This document shows, in pieces, positions 23,087-35,651 of a stretch of DNA of 64,000 nt. The first letter of the stretch is position 1. Each line of letters begins with the position of its first letter. The stretch is from Malacoraja senta. Its lineage: Eukaryota. Position numbers and translations under genes: made by a program. The stretch spans positions 3,970,001 to 4,034,000 of the forward strand of contig CM075997.1 in the NCBI GenBank assembly GCA_038087875.1, read 5' to 3'. Below the pieces are notes generated by a model. That model saw nothing but the letters and a program-made list of their open reading frames with translations, was not told the DNA's origin and did no database searches.

Positions 23087-23437
23087 GGACGACAGATGGC
23101 GCAATGGGCTAAGTGTTCGGCTGGCAACCGGAAGGTAGCCGGTTCGAATCCCGCTTGGAGTGCATACTGTCGTTGTGTCCTTGGGCAAGACACTTCACCC
23201 ACCTTTGCCTGCGTGTGAATGTGTGTGAATGTGTGTGAGTGATTGGTGGTGGTCGGAGGGGCCGTAGGCGCAGACTAGCAGCCACGCTTCTGTCAGTCTG
23301 CCCCAGGGCAGCTGTGGCTACAGAAGTAGCTCACCACCACCGAGTGTGACTGAGGAGTGAATGAATAATGCGATGTAAAGCGCCTTGAGTATTAGAAAGG
23401 CGCTATATAAATCCAATCCATTATTATTATTATTATT
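23087..23437 (+). mobile_element. tRNA-derived CORE-type SINE resembling teleost AFC-like SINEs
   Basis: A-box tggcgcaatgg, B-box ggttcgaatcc, core gtgtccttgggcaagacacttcaccc, L2-like tail tgtaaagcgccttgag...aaaggcgctatataaat and (att)n; inserted into a Rex1 fragment. Confidence 0.75.
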
Positions 23438-23811
23438 ATGGAAGGGAGGCCGGTTTGTGTGGAGGTCTGGGTTACTTCCGCAACTCTCTGCAGTTTCGTG
23501 CATGCTTTTGATGGAGCTGATTCCCAAAGCAGGCTGTGGTGCATCTGTAGAAGTTGGTGAGGGTTGTTGGGGACATGCTGAACTTCCTAAGCCTTTTAAG
23601 GAAGTAGAGGCGTTGGTTTTTAATGTCTCTGACTCTTTGGCCACAAATGTCATTATTTTTGATCAAGCCAGTTTTTGAAATGCATTATTCAGTCTCTTTA
23701 CCACAAGTTAAGGTCTCAAGGTCAGGTTATTGTCACATGTACCAATTAAGGTAGAGTGAAATTGGAATTACCATAAAGCCATATTTAAAAAAGCAACAAG
23801 ACACACAACCA

Positions 23812-24643
23812 GGTGGCGCCAGCAATGGCTGCCCCGCCAACAGTCTGTCTGTCCCTTTCTTCTTTGTTTTGTTTTGTATGGTGTTAAATGTATGCTTTTA
23901 GTGTTTTTTAGCTTGTTTTATCTGGGGGTGGGGCTTGGGGGAAACTTTTTTGAGTCTCTTACCTCGACGGAGATGCGATTTTTTTCCGTGTCATATCTCC
24001 GTCTGCACTGCGGCCCAACATCGAGGAGTTGGCGGCCTTTTGCTGGAGACCGACTTCGAGAGCTCCACCGCGGCACTTTAACATCGCGGAGCCCGCGATC
24101 CCTTTGCCAGGGATCGACCACTGAGCTTCCCCGCAGGTGCCTGCGGACTTTAACATCGCGGAGCTCACGGTCTCTGGTCAGAGACCGACTTCGGGAACTC
24201 CAAGCCGCAGGATCTTCGACCGTCCCAACACAGGAGCTTCGACCGTCCCAATACAGGAGCTTCGACCGTCCCAACACAGGAGCTTCGACCGTCCCAACAC
24301 AGGAGCTTCGACCGTCCCAACACAGGAGCTTCGACCGTCCCAACACAGGAGCTTCGACCGTCCCGACACAGGAGCTTCGACCGTACCAACACAGGAGCTT
24401 CGACCGCCCCGACGCATGGTTCGACTGGCCCGACCGCGGGAGAAAAATGAGGGAAGAAGATTAGACTTTATTGCCTTCCTTCACAGTGAGGAATGTGGGG
24501 AATCCACTGTGGTGGATGTGTATGTTAACTTTCATGTAGATGTGTGTCTTGTCGCTTTTTTTCCGTATGGATGTATGGTAATTCGCATATCACTGTACCT
24601 TAATTGGTACACGTGACAATAAAAGACATTTGAAACCTTTGAA
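23812..24643 (+). mobile_element. GC/CpG-rich non-autonomous retroelement with Rex1-like tail and internal minisatellite
   Basis: Same architecture as 5072-5895; tail tcactgtaccttaattggtacacgtgacaataaa. Confidence 0.55.
24210..24416. repeat. 23-bp minisatellite, about 9 units
   Basis: ggagcttcgaccgtcccaacaca units starting at 24210, 24233 ... 24394. Confidence 0.92.
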
Positions 24644-24806
24644 AACTACATAAAAGTTAATTAAACATCCACCACAGCGTATTCCTCACGTTCCTCACTG
24701 TGATGGAAGGCAATAAAGTCCAACTTCTTTCCTCTTTATTCTCCCGCGATCGGGGCAGTCAAACCAGTTTTACAGGTCTGAATTTCTTTGCTGTTTTTCA
24801 AGCTTA

Positions 24807-26998
24807 CAGCGCCCTCCATAATGTTTGGGACAAAGACCCATCATTTATTTATTTGCCTCTGTACTCCACAATGTGAGATTTGTAATAGAAAAAAATCACA
24901 TGTGGTTAAAGTGCACATTCATAGATTTTAATAAATTATTATTATTATTATTAAATCGTTGAAAACATTAGTGACGCCGTGGTGCTGGTTTCCAATGGGC
25001 ATTTTAATAAAGGCCATTTTTATACATTTTGGTTTCACCATGTAGAAATTACAGCTGTGTTTATACATAGCCCCCCCATTTCAGAGCACCATAATGATTG
25101 GGACACATGGCTTCACAGGTGTTTGTAATTGCTCAGGTGTGTTTAATTGCCTCCTTCATGCAGGTATAAGAGAGCTCTCAGCACCTAGTCTTTCCTCCAG
25201 TCTTTCCATCACCGTTGGAAACTTTTATTGTTGTTTATCAACATGAGGACCAAAGCTGTGCCAATGAAAGTCAAAGAAGCCATAATGAGTGAAAAACAAG
25301 AATAAAACTGTTAGCGACATAAGCCAAACCTTAGGCTTATCAAAATCAACTGTTTGGGACATCATTAAGAAGAAAGAGAGCACTGGTGAGCTTGCGAATC
25401 GCAAAGGGACTAGCAGGCCAAGGAAGACATCCAGAGCTGATGATAGAAGAATTCTCCCTATAATAAAGAAAAATCCCCAAACACCTGTCTGACAGATCAG
25501 AAACATTCTTCAGGAGTCAGGTATAGATTTGTCAATGACCGCAGAAGACTTCATGAACAGAAATACAGAGGCTACACTGCAAGATGCAAACCACTGGTTA
25601 GCCGCAAAAATACAATGGCCATATTACAGTTTGCCAAGAAGTACTTAAAAGAGCAACCACAGTTCTGGAAAAAGGTCTTGTGGACAGATGAGACGAAGAT
25701 TAACTTATATCAGAGTGATGGCAAGAGCAAAGTATGGAGGAGAGAAGGAACTGCCCAAGATCTAAAGCATACCACCTCATCTGTGAAACACGATGGTGGG
25801 GGTGTTATGGCCTGGGCATGTGTGGCTGCTGAAGGTACTGGCTCACTTATCTTCATTGATGATACAACTGCTGATGGTAGTAGCATAATGAATTCTGAAG
25901 TGTATAGACACATCCTATCTGCTCAAGTTCAAACAAATGCCTTAACTCATTGGCCGGTGGTTCATTCTACAGCAAGACAATGATCCCAAACATACTGCTA
26001 AAGCAACAAAGGAGTTTTTCAAAGCTAAAAAATGGTCAATGCTTGAGTGGCCAAGTCAATCACCCGATCTGAACCCAATTGAGCATGCCTTTTATATGCT
26101 GAAGAGAAAACTGAAGGGGACTAGCCCCCAAAACAAGCATAAGCTAAAGATGGCTGCAATACAGGCCTGGCAGGGCATCACCAGAGAAGACACCCAGCAA
26201 CTGGTGATGTCCATGAATCGCAGACTTCAAGCAGTCATTGCATGCAAAGGATCTGCAACAAAATACTAAACATAATAGTAATAGTAATAGTAACTATTGT
26301 CAATTCAAATAATGCAACAAGTAGTTACACAGAGGATTGAAATTGCGTTTCCCCATACTCCAATGTGCAAGTAATATTTATAACACAGACAGACAATATA
26401 CCAATAAAAATAGACAATGGACATATACATTATATAAAATATTCATTAATAAAAGGTGCAATATAGAAAAGTGCAAATAGCATACTGCAGACATTGGGTT
26501 AAAGTTAATTTGACAGTCAGTTGGTCTTTGTTTGTGTAATGTTCATGGAATTTTCTTGAGTGTGTTGAGTAGTCTGATGGCCTGAGGGAAAAAGCTGTTT
26601 TTGAATCTTGTGGTTTTGCTCCGCATGCTGCGGTAGGAGGGTGAACAGTTTGTGTGCTGGGTGGGTGGTGTCTTTGATGATGTTGGTTGCTCTCTTGCGA
26701 CAGCGAGATGGGTATAAGTCTTGGATTGCTAGTTGGGGTGATCTAGTGTAAACTACTTTCATTTACATGACATTGCTGTGTCCCAAACATTATGGTGCCC
26801 TGAAATGGGGGAGCTGTATAAACACAGCTGCAATTTCTACATGGTTAAACCAAAATGTATAAAAATGGCCTTTTAAAATTCTGACAATGTGCACTTTAAC
26901 AACATGTGATTTTTTTCTATTACAAATCTCAAATTGTGGAATACAGAGGCAAATAAATAAATGATGGGTCTTTGTCCCAAACATTATGGAGGGCACTG
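24807..26998 (+). mobile_element. decayed Tc1-family transposon with two nested insertions
   Basis: TIRs cag.gccctccataatgtttgggacaaagaccc; transposase in pieces (LSKSTVWDIIKK; WKKVLWTDETKINL; WPSQSPDLNPIEH...TKY) with stops and frameshifts. Confidence 0.92.
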
Positions 26999-29109
26999 CA
27001 TATTCCTAAAGAAGTCAACATTATTTTTTGAATTAATACTTTATACCATACTTTAAAAGGCAGAGACTGAGAGCGTGGACAATGAAAAAGTACTTGTGCA
27101 CAAAAATGGAAATCTGTAACCCTCAGTTGAGGCGAAGTCCTTTAAAACCTCCAAGACTAGGATTGATTAAATACTGTAAAGGATTGTAGAATGAAGGCAG
27201 ACAAAAATGCTGGAGAAACTCAGCAGGTGAGGCAGCATCTATGGAGCGAAGACAATAGGTAACGTTTCGGGTCGAGACCCTTCTTCAGACTACTTTCATT
27301 TACATGACATTGTTGTGTCCCAGAAGGGTGAGTCTGAAGAAGGGTCTCGATCCGAAACGTTGCCCATTTCCTTCGCTCCATAGATGCTGCCTCACCCGCT
27401 GAGTTTCTCCAGCATTTTTGTCTACCTTCGATTTTCCAGCATCTGCAGTTCCTTCTTAAACATTTTGTCTGCTCCACTGCGAAATCTCCTCAAGGTATGC
27501 CTACTTTGAAGAAGTTTTCCTCCTCCTCCGAAGACAGTTCAAGAACCTCCTCTCTCACTGCCCCCCCCCCCTGTGATAGTCTGAAGAAGGGTCTCGACCC
27601 GAAACGTTGCTTATTTCCTTCGCTCCATAGATGCTGCCTCACCCGCTGAGTTTCTCCAGCATTTTTGTCTACCATAGATTTTTCCAGCATCAGCAGTTCT
27701 TTCTTAAACATAGGTTTGATGATGCCAGGATGACTGAAAGTGAGAAGGAAACTGGTTTTGGTGATAGACGAGTCTTTAAGAAGAAGTACTGTGGGAAGTT
27801 TGGCTTGTTTGGAATAGTGTGAACGGTTTAGTCATGAAAGAGTATTTTAGTTTAGTTCAGACATGGGAATACAGCATAGAAACAGGCCCTTTGGCCGACT
27901 GAGTCCGCGCCGACCAACCATCACCTGTATAATAGTTCCATGTTATCCTACTTGTGTCTGTGGAATTCTCTGCCTCAGAGGGCGGTGGAGGCCGGTTCTC
28001 TGGATGCTTTCAAAAGAGAGCTAGATAGGGCTCTTAAAAATAGCGGAGTCAGGGGATATGGGGAGAAGGCAGGAACGGGGTACTGATTGGGGATGATCAG
28101 CCATGATCACATTGAATGGCGGTGCTGGCTCGAAGGGCCGCATGGCCTACTCCTGCACCTATTGTCTATTGTCTATTGTCCACATTTCATTCCCCACTTT
28201 CCTTCCTTTTCAGATTCCACCATTTTATTTATTTTATTTTCTCCGCCCTCCTCTCCCCCTCTGGGTCCATCTGCCAATGATATTTTCTCCACCCTCCTCG
28301 CCTGGATCCACCTGCCACTTGCTATCTACCTCTTGCCCCAACCTATCCCTCCTCCCTCCCCCCCCCCCCCGCCGCACGTCTCCCCCCCCTCAATCATACA
28401 GAAGAAGGGTCCCAACCCAAAACGCCGCTTGTCCCATTTCCTCCACTGATACTGTCCGGCCCGCTGCGGTCTCTCAGCGTTTTGGTTGTTGCCAGAGAAT
28501 GTTGCATGTTAACATCTGACATCGACTGTCTGTAGTAGCTTTCGGAATGGAATCTAGATATTAGCTTAGAGTGGATAAACAAAAGACTTTAGTGGGAAGG
28601 AGCGAGAACTTGCAAATAATTTATAAAGTCTGACAAACGGCCTTGACCCAAAACGTCACCTATTCCTTTCTTCCAGAGATGCTGCCTGACCCGCTGAATT
28701 ACTCCAGCTCTTTGTGTCTATCTTTGGTATAAACCAGCAGCATCTGCAGTTCTTTGTTTCTACAATGTAAAACTAATGGATGGCTTTCAAAAAATCTGCA
28801 CAGACTTCCCTGGGTACAAGTCTGTGAAATGCGAGCCTCTGTGCAAGGGGCTGCCCAGGAGAGTTGGCGCCTCACAACTGCATTGACCCAGGTTCAATCC
28901 TTACCTCGGATACCTACCTTGTGTGGAGTGCGCCCATTCTGATTGTGACCCTGAATCCTCCCTCACATCTGGATTTGTTAGTTTAATTGGCTCTGGTGCC
29001 CCAGATATCCTTATGTAGAATCTCGGTCGACTGAAGAAGGGTGTCGAGTCCCGACCTGAAACGTCGCCCATTCCTTCTCTCCAGAGATGCTGCCCGTCCC
29101 ACTGAGTTA

Positions 29110-30159
29110 AGGGCCTGTCCCACTTTCACGACTTAATTCAAAAAAGGACCTAAAAAAAAAATCAAGATCGTGGTAATCTACGAACTCCTACGACTTTCCA
29201 CGACTATGTTCACGAACTCCTACGAGTATGTCTATGAATTCCCACGACTATTTCGATGCCCTCCGTACGAGTAAAACGTTGCAATTTCTTTCATCCCGAC
29301 CATTTTTTTACTCGTGGGCTGGAAAAAACGTCCCGACTTAAGCCCTGTCCCACTGTACGAGTTCATTCAAAGAGTTCTCCTGAGTTTGCCCTGATTCGAA
29401 CTCGATTTACGGTAATGGCCGCTCGTCGGTACTCGGGGCTCTCGTGGACATTTTTCAACATGTTGAAAAATCTTCACGGGTCTTCCCGAGCTTACCTGCC
29501 GTTAGCGAGTCTTCCCGAGTACCTGCCGTTAGCGTTACGAGCCGCTAAGAGACGTCCCCGAGCTCCGACGTACCCGCTACGTTCATTCTCCATGCTTTCC
29601 ACGAGTTTGATTTTTTTTAAACTCTGGAGAGCTCTTGGAATGAACTCGCACCGTGGGACAGGGCCATTACCTGATGCCACGAGTACCTACGGCTGGCATA
29701 ACGAGCAGCTACGATATATCTACGGACTCCTACGACCTGTTCCCAATGTTGGGCGAATCCAGAACCAGGGGCCACAGTCTTAGAATAAAGGGGAAGTCGT
29801 TTAAGACTGAGGTGAGTAAAAAAAAATTCACCCAGAGTTGTGAATTTATGGGATTCCCAGCCACAGAGGGCAGTGGAGGCCAAGTCACTGGATGGATTTA
29901 AGAGAGAGTTAGATAGAGCTCTAGGGGCTAGTGGAGTCAAGGGATATGGGGAGAAGGCAGGCACGGGTTATTGATAGGGGACGATCAGCCATGATCACAA
30001 TGAATGGCGGTGCTGGCTCGAAGGGCCGAATGGCCTCCTGCACCTATTTTCTATGTTTCTATGACCTCCTACGGACTCATTACGAACATTCTGCGAGTTT
30101 GAATCAAGGGGAAAACTAGGGAGAATTCGTGAATAACTCGTGAAAGTGGGACAGGCCCT
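29110..30159. mobile_element. PIF/Harbinger-like MITE containing a nested MITE (29341-29666) and a CR1 fragment (about 29737-30062)
   Basis: Outer TTA TSD at 29107-09 and 30160-62, inner TTA TSD at 29338-40 and 29667-69; shared cctgtcccact TIR. Confidence 0.82.
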
Positions 30160-30332
30160 TTACTCCAGCGTTTAGTGTCCATCTTTAGTTATAGAGGGAA
30201 ATTATAAAGGAGTGGGAATGCTTGGCTCTGTGAGCTGGCATAGGCTCGATGAGCCGAATACCTTCCTCGGGAAATAGGAAATTGGAAAGACAAGTACATT
30301 TAATCTTTTTTGAAGATTAAAACGCGGCGGTG

Positions 30333-30653
30333 TTATTTCAACTGCGCTATCAGGCGGTCCAACTTCTCTCTCTTGGTCCCAGAGAACTCTCCAGCCTTCT
30401 CCTGGCATCTATAGAAGTGGAAGGTGGGCATGCAGGTGATGCCCACTGCCCTGGCCAAATCCTCCGACTCATCCACGTCCACCTCGGCGAAGATGACGTC
30501 GCGGTTCTGGTCCGACTTCATCTTGAAGTAAGGTTTGATACTGGCGCAGTTGTTGCACCATTTGGCCCCGAAGAACACCACCACCAGGGACTCCTCTTCC
30601 TCTTCCAGCAGGGTGCCGAACTGCCGCCGGGTCCTGATGGGTCTCAACACCAT
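30333..30653 (-). CDS. intronless thioredoxin-like protein 2 (106 aa; WCNNC)
   Basis: LVVVFFGAKWCNNCASIKPYF...VIFAEVDVDESEDLARAVGITCMPTFHFY...GEFSGTKREKLDRLIAQLK; Kozak aatATGG; ATTAAA on minus strand at 30299-304. Confidence 0.92.
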   Translation of the reverse strand: MVLRPIRTRRQFGTLLEEEEESLVVVFFGAKWCNNCASIKPYFKMKSDQNRDVIFAEVDVDESEDLARAVGITCMPTFHFYRCQEKAGEFSGTKREKLDRLIAQLK

Positions 30654-32164
30654 ATTGCCGCGACGGTCCCACTTTGTGCAAAATGTTCAGGCCCCGGGCA
30701 GCCCCTGTTACAACCCTCTCGCCGATAGTGACGTCCAGGGGCGTCATGCAAACCAATACAACTCTTGTACATCATCGCCTCCCGTCTCAACAGAAAGAAT
30801 TACACACGTTGAACCTCACCCGAACTGCTAAAAGCTAGAGTAACTCAGGCAGCGTCTGTGGACAGAAGGAATGGATGGGGCTCATTCCTTCTCTGCCTGT
30901 CCCACTGAGTTACTCCAGCTTTTAGCAACGTCCACTTTCGGTTTAAACCAGCCTCTGCAGTTCCTTCCTACCACGAACTTCTCCTCGCAGCGGGCCACCC
31001 ACTCTCGGGAGGGGAAGGGAACGGTTCGGGGCCTGGCCCAGCTCCCAAAGATCCAGCAACGAACGGAGAACATCCTGCCCGAACATCTTAGAGCGGAGTA
31101 AGATCTTTGATCCTGTCTATCTGGTCTCTCAAACTGGGGCAAGAGTCGATAGTGAACTAGCTCCTCGACGCCGAAACGTCCTCGGCAGCCGAGGGACTTT
31201 GTGGGTGGAGAGAATGAGAGGACCAAAATTTTAAAAAAGTTTAAAACCAGGGACGTCTGGAAAGGAGGTACAAAGAAATGATTCGATTTTAGGTACAGCC
31301 AGGAAACAGGCTCAATCCCTGCCCTGAACACTTAAGGGCCTGTCCCACTTTCCCGAGTTATTCACGAATTCTCCCGAGTTATTCACAAATTCTCCCGAGT
31401 TTTCCCCTTCATTCAAACTAAGTAAGTAAGTTGTTTTTTTTTATTTTGTTTTTTTTAATTTTTTTTATTTATTAGAAGTACATTACATTACAACCACATA
31501 CATTAGTACTCGTCACTTATATCTTCTTACAATTAATGTACTCCGTTTGTTTTTTGCACTAGTAAAAGGAAAGGATAAGATTGAAAGAAAGAAGAAAGTG
31601 AAGGAAAAAGTGAAAGTGTAGAAAGTGTGACAACAAGACAGGACGAAGATCCTATAAGAACAAAATTAAAAACAAAAGAAAAAGAGTTAAGAAATAGACC
31701 CTAGAAAAGAAGGAGAAAGAGAAAGAGGAGAAAGAGAAAAACAAATAGTTTTTATGAGCATTACGCAAATGGGACATACCAACTTTCCAGCTATCATCAC
31801 CCTTTACCTGAAAAAAAAATAATAAGTAAGTAAGTTTATTGGCCAGGCATTCACATACAAGGAATTTGCCTTGGTGCTCCGCCCACAAGTAACAACATGA
31901 CATACAGTGACAGTTACGAATGACTCAGAAAACATTAAAATGTTCGTAACACTGCCCTACACACTAGGGACAATTCACTATTTTACCTAAGTCAATTAAC
32001 CTGTCGGTCTTTGGAGTGTGGGAGGAAGCCGGAGCACCCGGAGCAAACCCGCGCAGGTCACGGGGAGAACGTGCCAACTCCACACCGACACAGCGCCCGT
32101 GGTCAGGATCGAACCCGGGTCCCTGGCGCTGTGAGGCAGCAACTCTACCACCGTGCCGTCCTGA

Positions 32165-32232
32165 CCAAAGATACTAGAGGAGCAAGATAGACCACTCCTA
32201 CGAAATCCAATGGACTGACCTAGTATCTTTGG
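32165..32232. mobile_element. 68-bp mini-MITE with CCAAAG...CTTTGG termini
   Basis: TIR ccaaagatactag/ctagtatctttgg; perfect 6-bp TSD tcctga (32159-64, 32233-38). Confidence 0.8.
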
Positions 32233-32347
32233 TCCTGACTTTGTGGAACCTTGCATTGGCATTGTTTTACAGGCACAATCCAGGGCTGGCTCAGAATAGA
32301 ACTGGGGCAAAGAATAACAGCGACAAAAAAAAGGAATATCGATAATC

Positions 32348-32823
32348 ACAATAGACAATAGACAATAGGTGCAGGAGTAGGAAATTCGGCCCTTTGAGCC
32401 AGCACCACCATTCAATGTGATCATGGCTGATCATTCCCAATCAGTACCCCATTCCTGCCTTCTCCCCATATCCCCTGACTCTGCTATCTGTAAGAGCCCT
32501 ATCTAGCTCTCTCTTGAAAGCATCCAGAGAACCTGCCTCCACCGCCCTCGGAGGCAGAGAATTCCACAGACTCACAACTCTCTGAGAAAAAGTGTTTCCT
32601 CATCTCCGTTCTAAATGGCTTACCCCTTATTCTTAAACTGTGTGTGGCCCCTGGTTCTGGCCTCCCCCAACATCGGGAACATGTTTCCTGCCTCTAGCGT
32701 GTCCAACCCCTTAACAATCTTATATGTTTCAATGAGATTCCCTCTCATCCTTCTAAACTCCAGAGTGTACAAGCCCAGCTGCTCCATTCTCTCAGCATAT
32801 GACAGTCCCGCCATCCCGGGAAT
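32348..32823 (-). mobile_element. CR1-clade LINE 3' fragment
   Basis: IPGMAGLSYAERMEQLGLYTLEFRR; (ctattgt)n tail. Confidence 0.88.
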
Positions 32824-34539
32824 ACGCTTTTGGTTTTGGTTTCCTGGTCCTCCAAAATATTCCAAATGGAATTTAAACTGGAGGTGGATTGAATTGGTGG
32901 GAGGGGTGCAAGTGGGATTTTACAAAGTCATCTACTCTGGGTTCAGTCGCCCTAAGATAGACTGCTGTGAACAGTGAATAGTCACCTAAAACAAACCTAA
33001 AACAAATCTCTATCTCAGAGGGAAGACAGGAGAATGGGGTTGAGAGGGAAAGATAGACCAGCCGTGACGTGGAGTAGACTCGATGGGCCGGATGGCCTAA
33101 TTCTACTCTTATGACTTATGAACAATTGAAACAAGTGATTCAAGCCCGAGATGATTTTTTTTTTAAATGGAGGAGGTAAAAGAACTGAACCATGAAATCA
33201 GACAGGGCCTTTGAGGAAAAGGCTCTTAAAGATAGCAGAGTCAGGGGATATGGGGAGAAGGCAGGAACGGGGTACTGATTGGTGATGATCAGCCATTGAA
33301 TGGTGGTGCTGGCTCGAAGGGCCGAATGGCCTACCCCTGCACCTATTGTCTATTGAAATATAAGGAGAGCTGGAAAGAACTTGAGCAGGGATTTGGCCGA
33401 AAGGGTCCATGAAATATCATTGGCAAGTAGGTCAATAAGAAATAGGGGTAGAATGAGGCCATTCGGCCCATCAAGTCTACTCCACCATTCAATCACGGCT
33501 GATCTATCTCTCCCTCCTAACCCCATTCTCCTGCCTTCTCCCCATAACCTCTGACACCCGTACTAATCAAGAATCTTAAATAGAATTAAAGAGAATCCCA
33601 GAGCATTTCATGTGTGCATTAAAAACAAAAGAGTAACTAGGGAAGATAGCTCCATTCGGGGATCAAGGAAGGGTATTTTGTTCTTGGAATCAAAGAATGT
33701 AGATGAGGTACAAAATGAGGTCCATGCCGGTATTCACCAAGATGGACATGGAGGATAGAGTGATCAGTGTGGAGTATAGTCATATGCAATGGTCTTTTGA
33801 CACATAAAGAGTGGTGGGTGTATGGAACAAGCTGCCACAAGAGGTAGGTGAGGCAGGGACTATCCCAACATTTAAGAGATAGACAGGTACATGGATAGGA
33901 CAGGTTTGGAGGGATATGGACCAAACGCAGGCAGGTGAGATTGGTGTAGCTGGGACGTGTTGGCCGGTGTGGGCAAGTTGGGCCGAAGGGCCTGTTTGCA
34001 CACTGTATCACTCTATGACTATGAGAGGGATAGATCAGCCATGAATGAACGGTGGGAAGAACTCAATGGGCCAAATGGGACATGTTGGCCAGTGTGGGCA
34101 AGTTGGGCCGAAGGGCCTGTTTCCACACTGTATCACTCTACCACACTGATACCATGACAATAGACAATAGGTGCAGGAGTAGGCCATTCGGCCCTTCGAG
34201 CCAGCACCGCCATTCAATGTGATCATGGCTGATCATCCCCAATCAGTACCCCATTCCTGCCTTCTCCCAATATCCCCTGACTCCGTTATTTTTAAGAGCC
34301 CTATCTAGCTCTCTCTTGAAAGCATCCAGAGAACCCGCCTCCATGACTCTATCTAAGAGGCTGCCTTGGGTCTCTTTAAGAACATTAAGGTGGATGAATC
34401 CAGAGGGACTGAAGGGATCTGTTTTGAGTTATTGAGTGAGGCGTGAGGAGATTGCAGGGACCTTGATAAAGATATTTGTATCGCTCTAGCCACAGGCGAG
34501 GTCCCAGAGGATGGGAGAGTAGTTAATGTTGCTCCTTTT

Positions 34540-34848
34540 TTTAGTTTTAGTTTAGAGATACAGTGGAAAAACAGGCCCTTCGGCCCAGCGAATCCGCACC
34601 GACCAGCAATCCCCGCACATTAACACGATCCTACACACACCAGGGTCAAATTTACATTCATACCAAGCCAATTAACCTACAGACCCGTACGTCTTTGGAG
34701 TTTGGGAGGAAACCAAAGATCTCGGAGAAAACCCACGCAGGTCACGGGTAGAACATATAAACGCCATATATACAGCAGCCGTAGTCGGAATGGAACCCGT
34801 GTCCAATGGCGCTGTGAGGCAGCAACTCTACCGCTGCGCCACCGTGTT
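34540..34848 (-). mobile_element. HE1-like V-SINE
   Basis: Full head-to-tail match to other copies. Confidence 0.8.
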
Positions 34849-35184
34849 GCCCTTTAAGAAGGAAATCTGGATAATACATGGATTTATGGGCCTGCGGTCT
34901 TCACATCAGTGGTAGAGAAGCTATTGGAGAGGGTTCTTGGGGATAGGATCTACTCCATCTGGATGAGAATGGACGAGGCCATGCTGACTGTCCCTAATTA
35001 TAGGGCTTCGTCCGTGTGTCTTCCGATGTGATTGTTTTTGAGGAGGCGATGAGGCGATCGATGAGGATAGGAAGATGGATATTGTTTGCAATGGACTTCA
35101 GTAAGGCATTTGATGAAGTCCCTTACAGTAGGCTGATCGAGAAAATAATGATGCTTGGGATTCATGGTTTGTGCACGTCGGGTT

Positions 35185-35238
35185 GATGGCATTAGTCGAA
35201 ACAGGGTGGACCATGTGAAGGTTGCAATCTCCCACCCC
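35185..35238 (-). ncRNA. predicted minimal HDV-like ribozyme (copy in a truncated short element, 35168-35238)
   Basis: GGGGUGG-GA-GAUUGCA-ACC-UUCACAU-GGU-CCACCCU-GU-UUCGA-CUAA-UGCCAUC. Confidence 0.7.
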
Positions 35239-35651
35239 GAGATCCATGGTGATTTGGTAGTTCAAGTTCAGTTCAGACTTGCCCATAGGAGAGAGAGTAG
35301 TTGTAGTGGAGGTCTGACCAGTGGTGTACCACAGGGATCAGTGCAGGAACTGCTGTTTGTGATGTATATCAATGAGTTGGACAAAAAATGTAGATGGGTT
35401 GGTAGAGTTACGGACAGTGTGGAAGTCTGTCAATGGATTTAGCTGGATGTAGATCATTATAGATATGGGTAGAGAAATGGCAGATGAGTTTAATCCAGGC
35501 TAGTCTGAGGTGTTGCACATTGGGTGGTTTAAATGTAAGGGGGAAGTGTAGAGTTAATGACAGGACCCTTATTAACAGCATTGGTGTACAGAGGGATCTT
35601 GGGGTCCAAGTCCATAGCATCCTGTTAGTTGCAGCATGACTGAGTGGTAAA

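Noticed and set aside
23087..23160. tRNA gene (anticodon-like loop CTGGCAA)
   Set aside because: No proper acceptor stem; it continues directly into a SINE body and tail
24210..24416. CRISPR-like or coding repeat
   Set aside because: Head-to-tail 23-bp units with no unique spacers; the ORFs are by-products of the repeat
30960..31330. CpG-containing unique segment and 149-aa ORF upstream of thioredoxin-like 2
   Set aside because: The ORF runs into repeat sequence and has no recognisable domain; it may be regulatory but this cannot be supported
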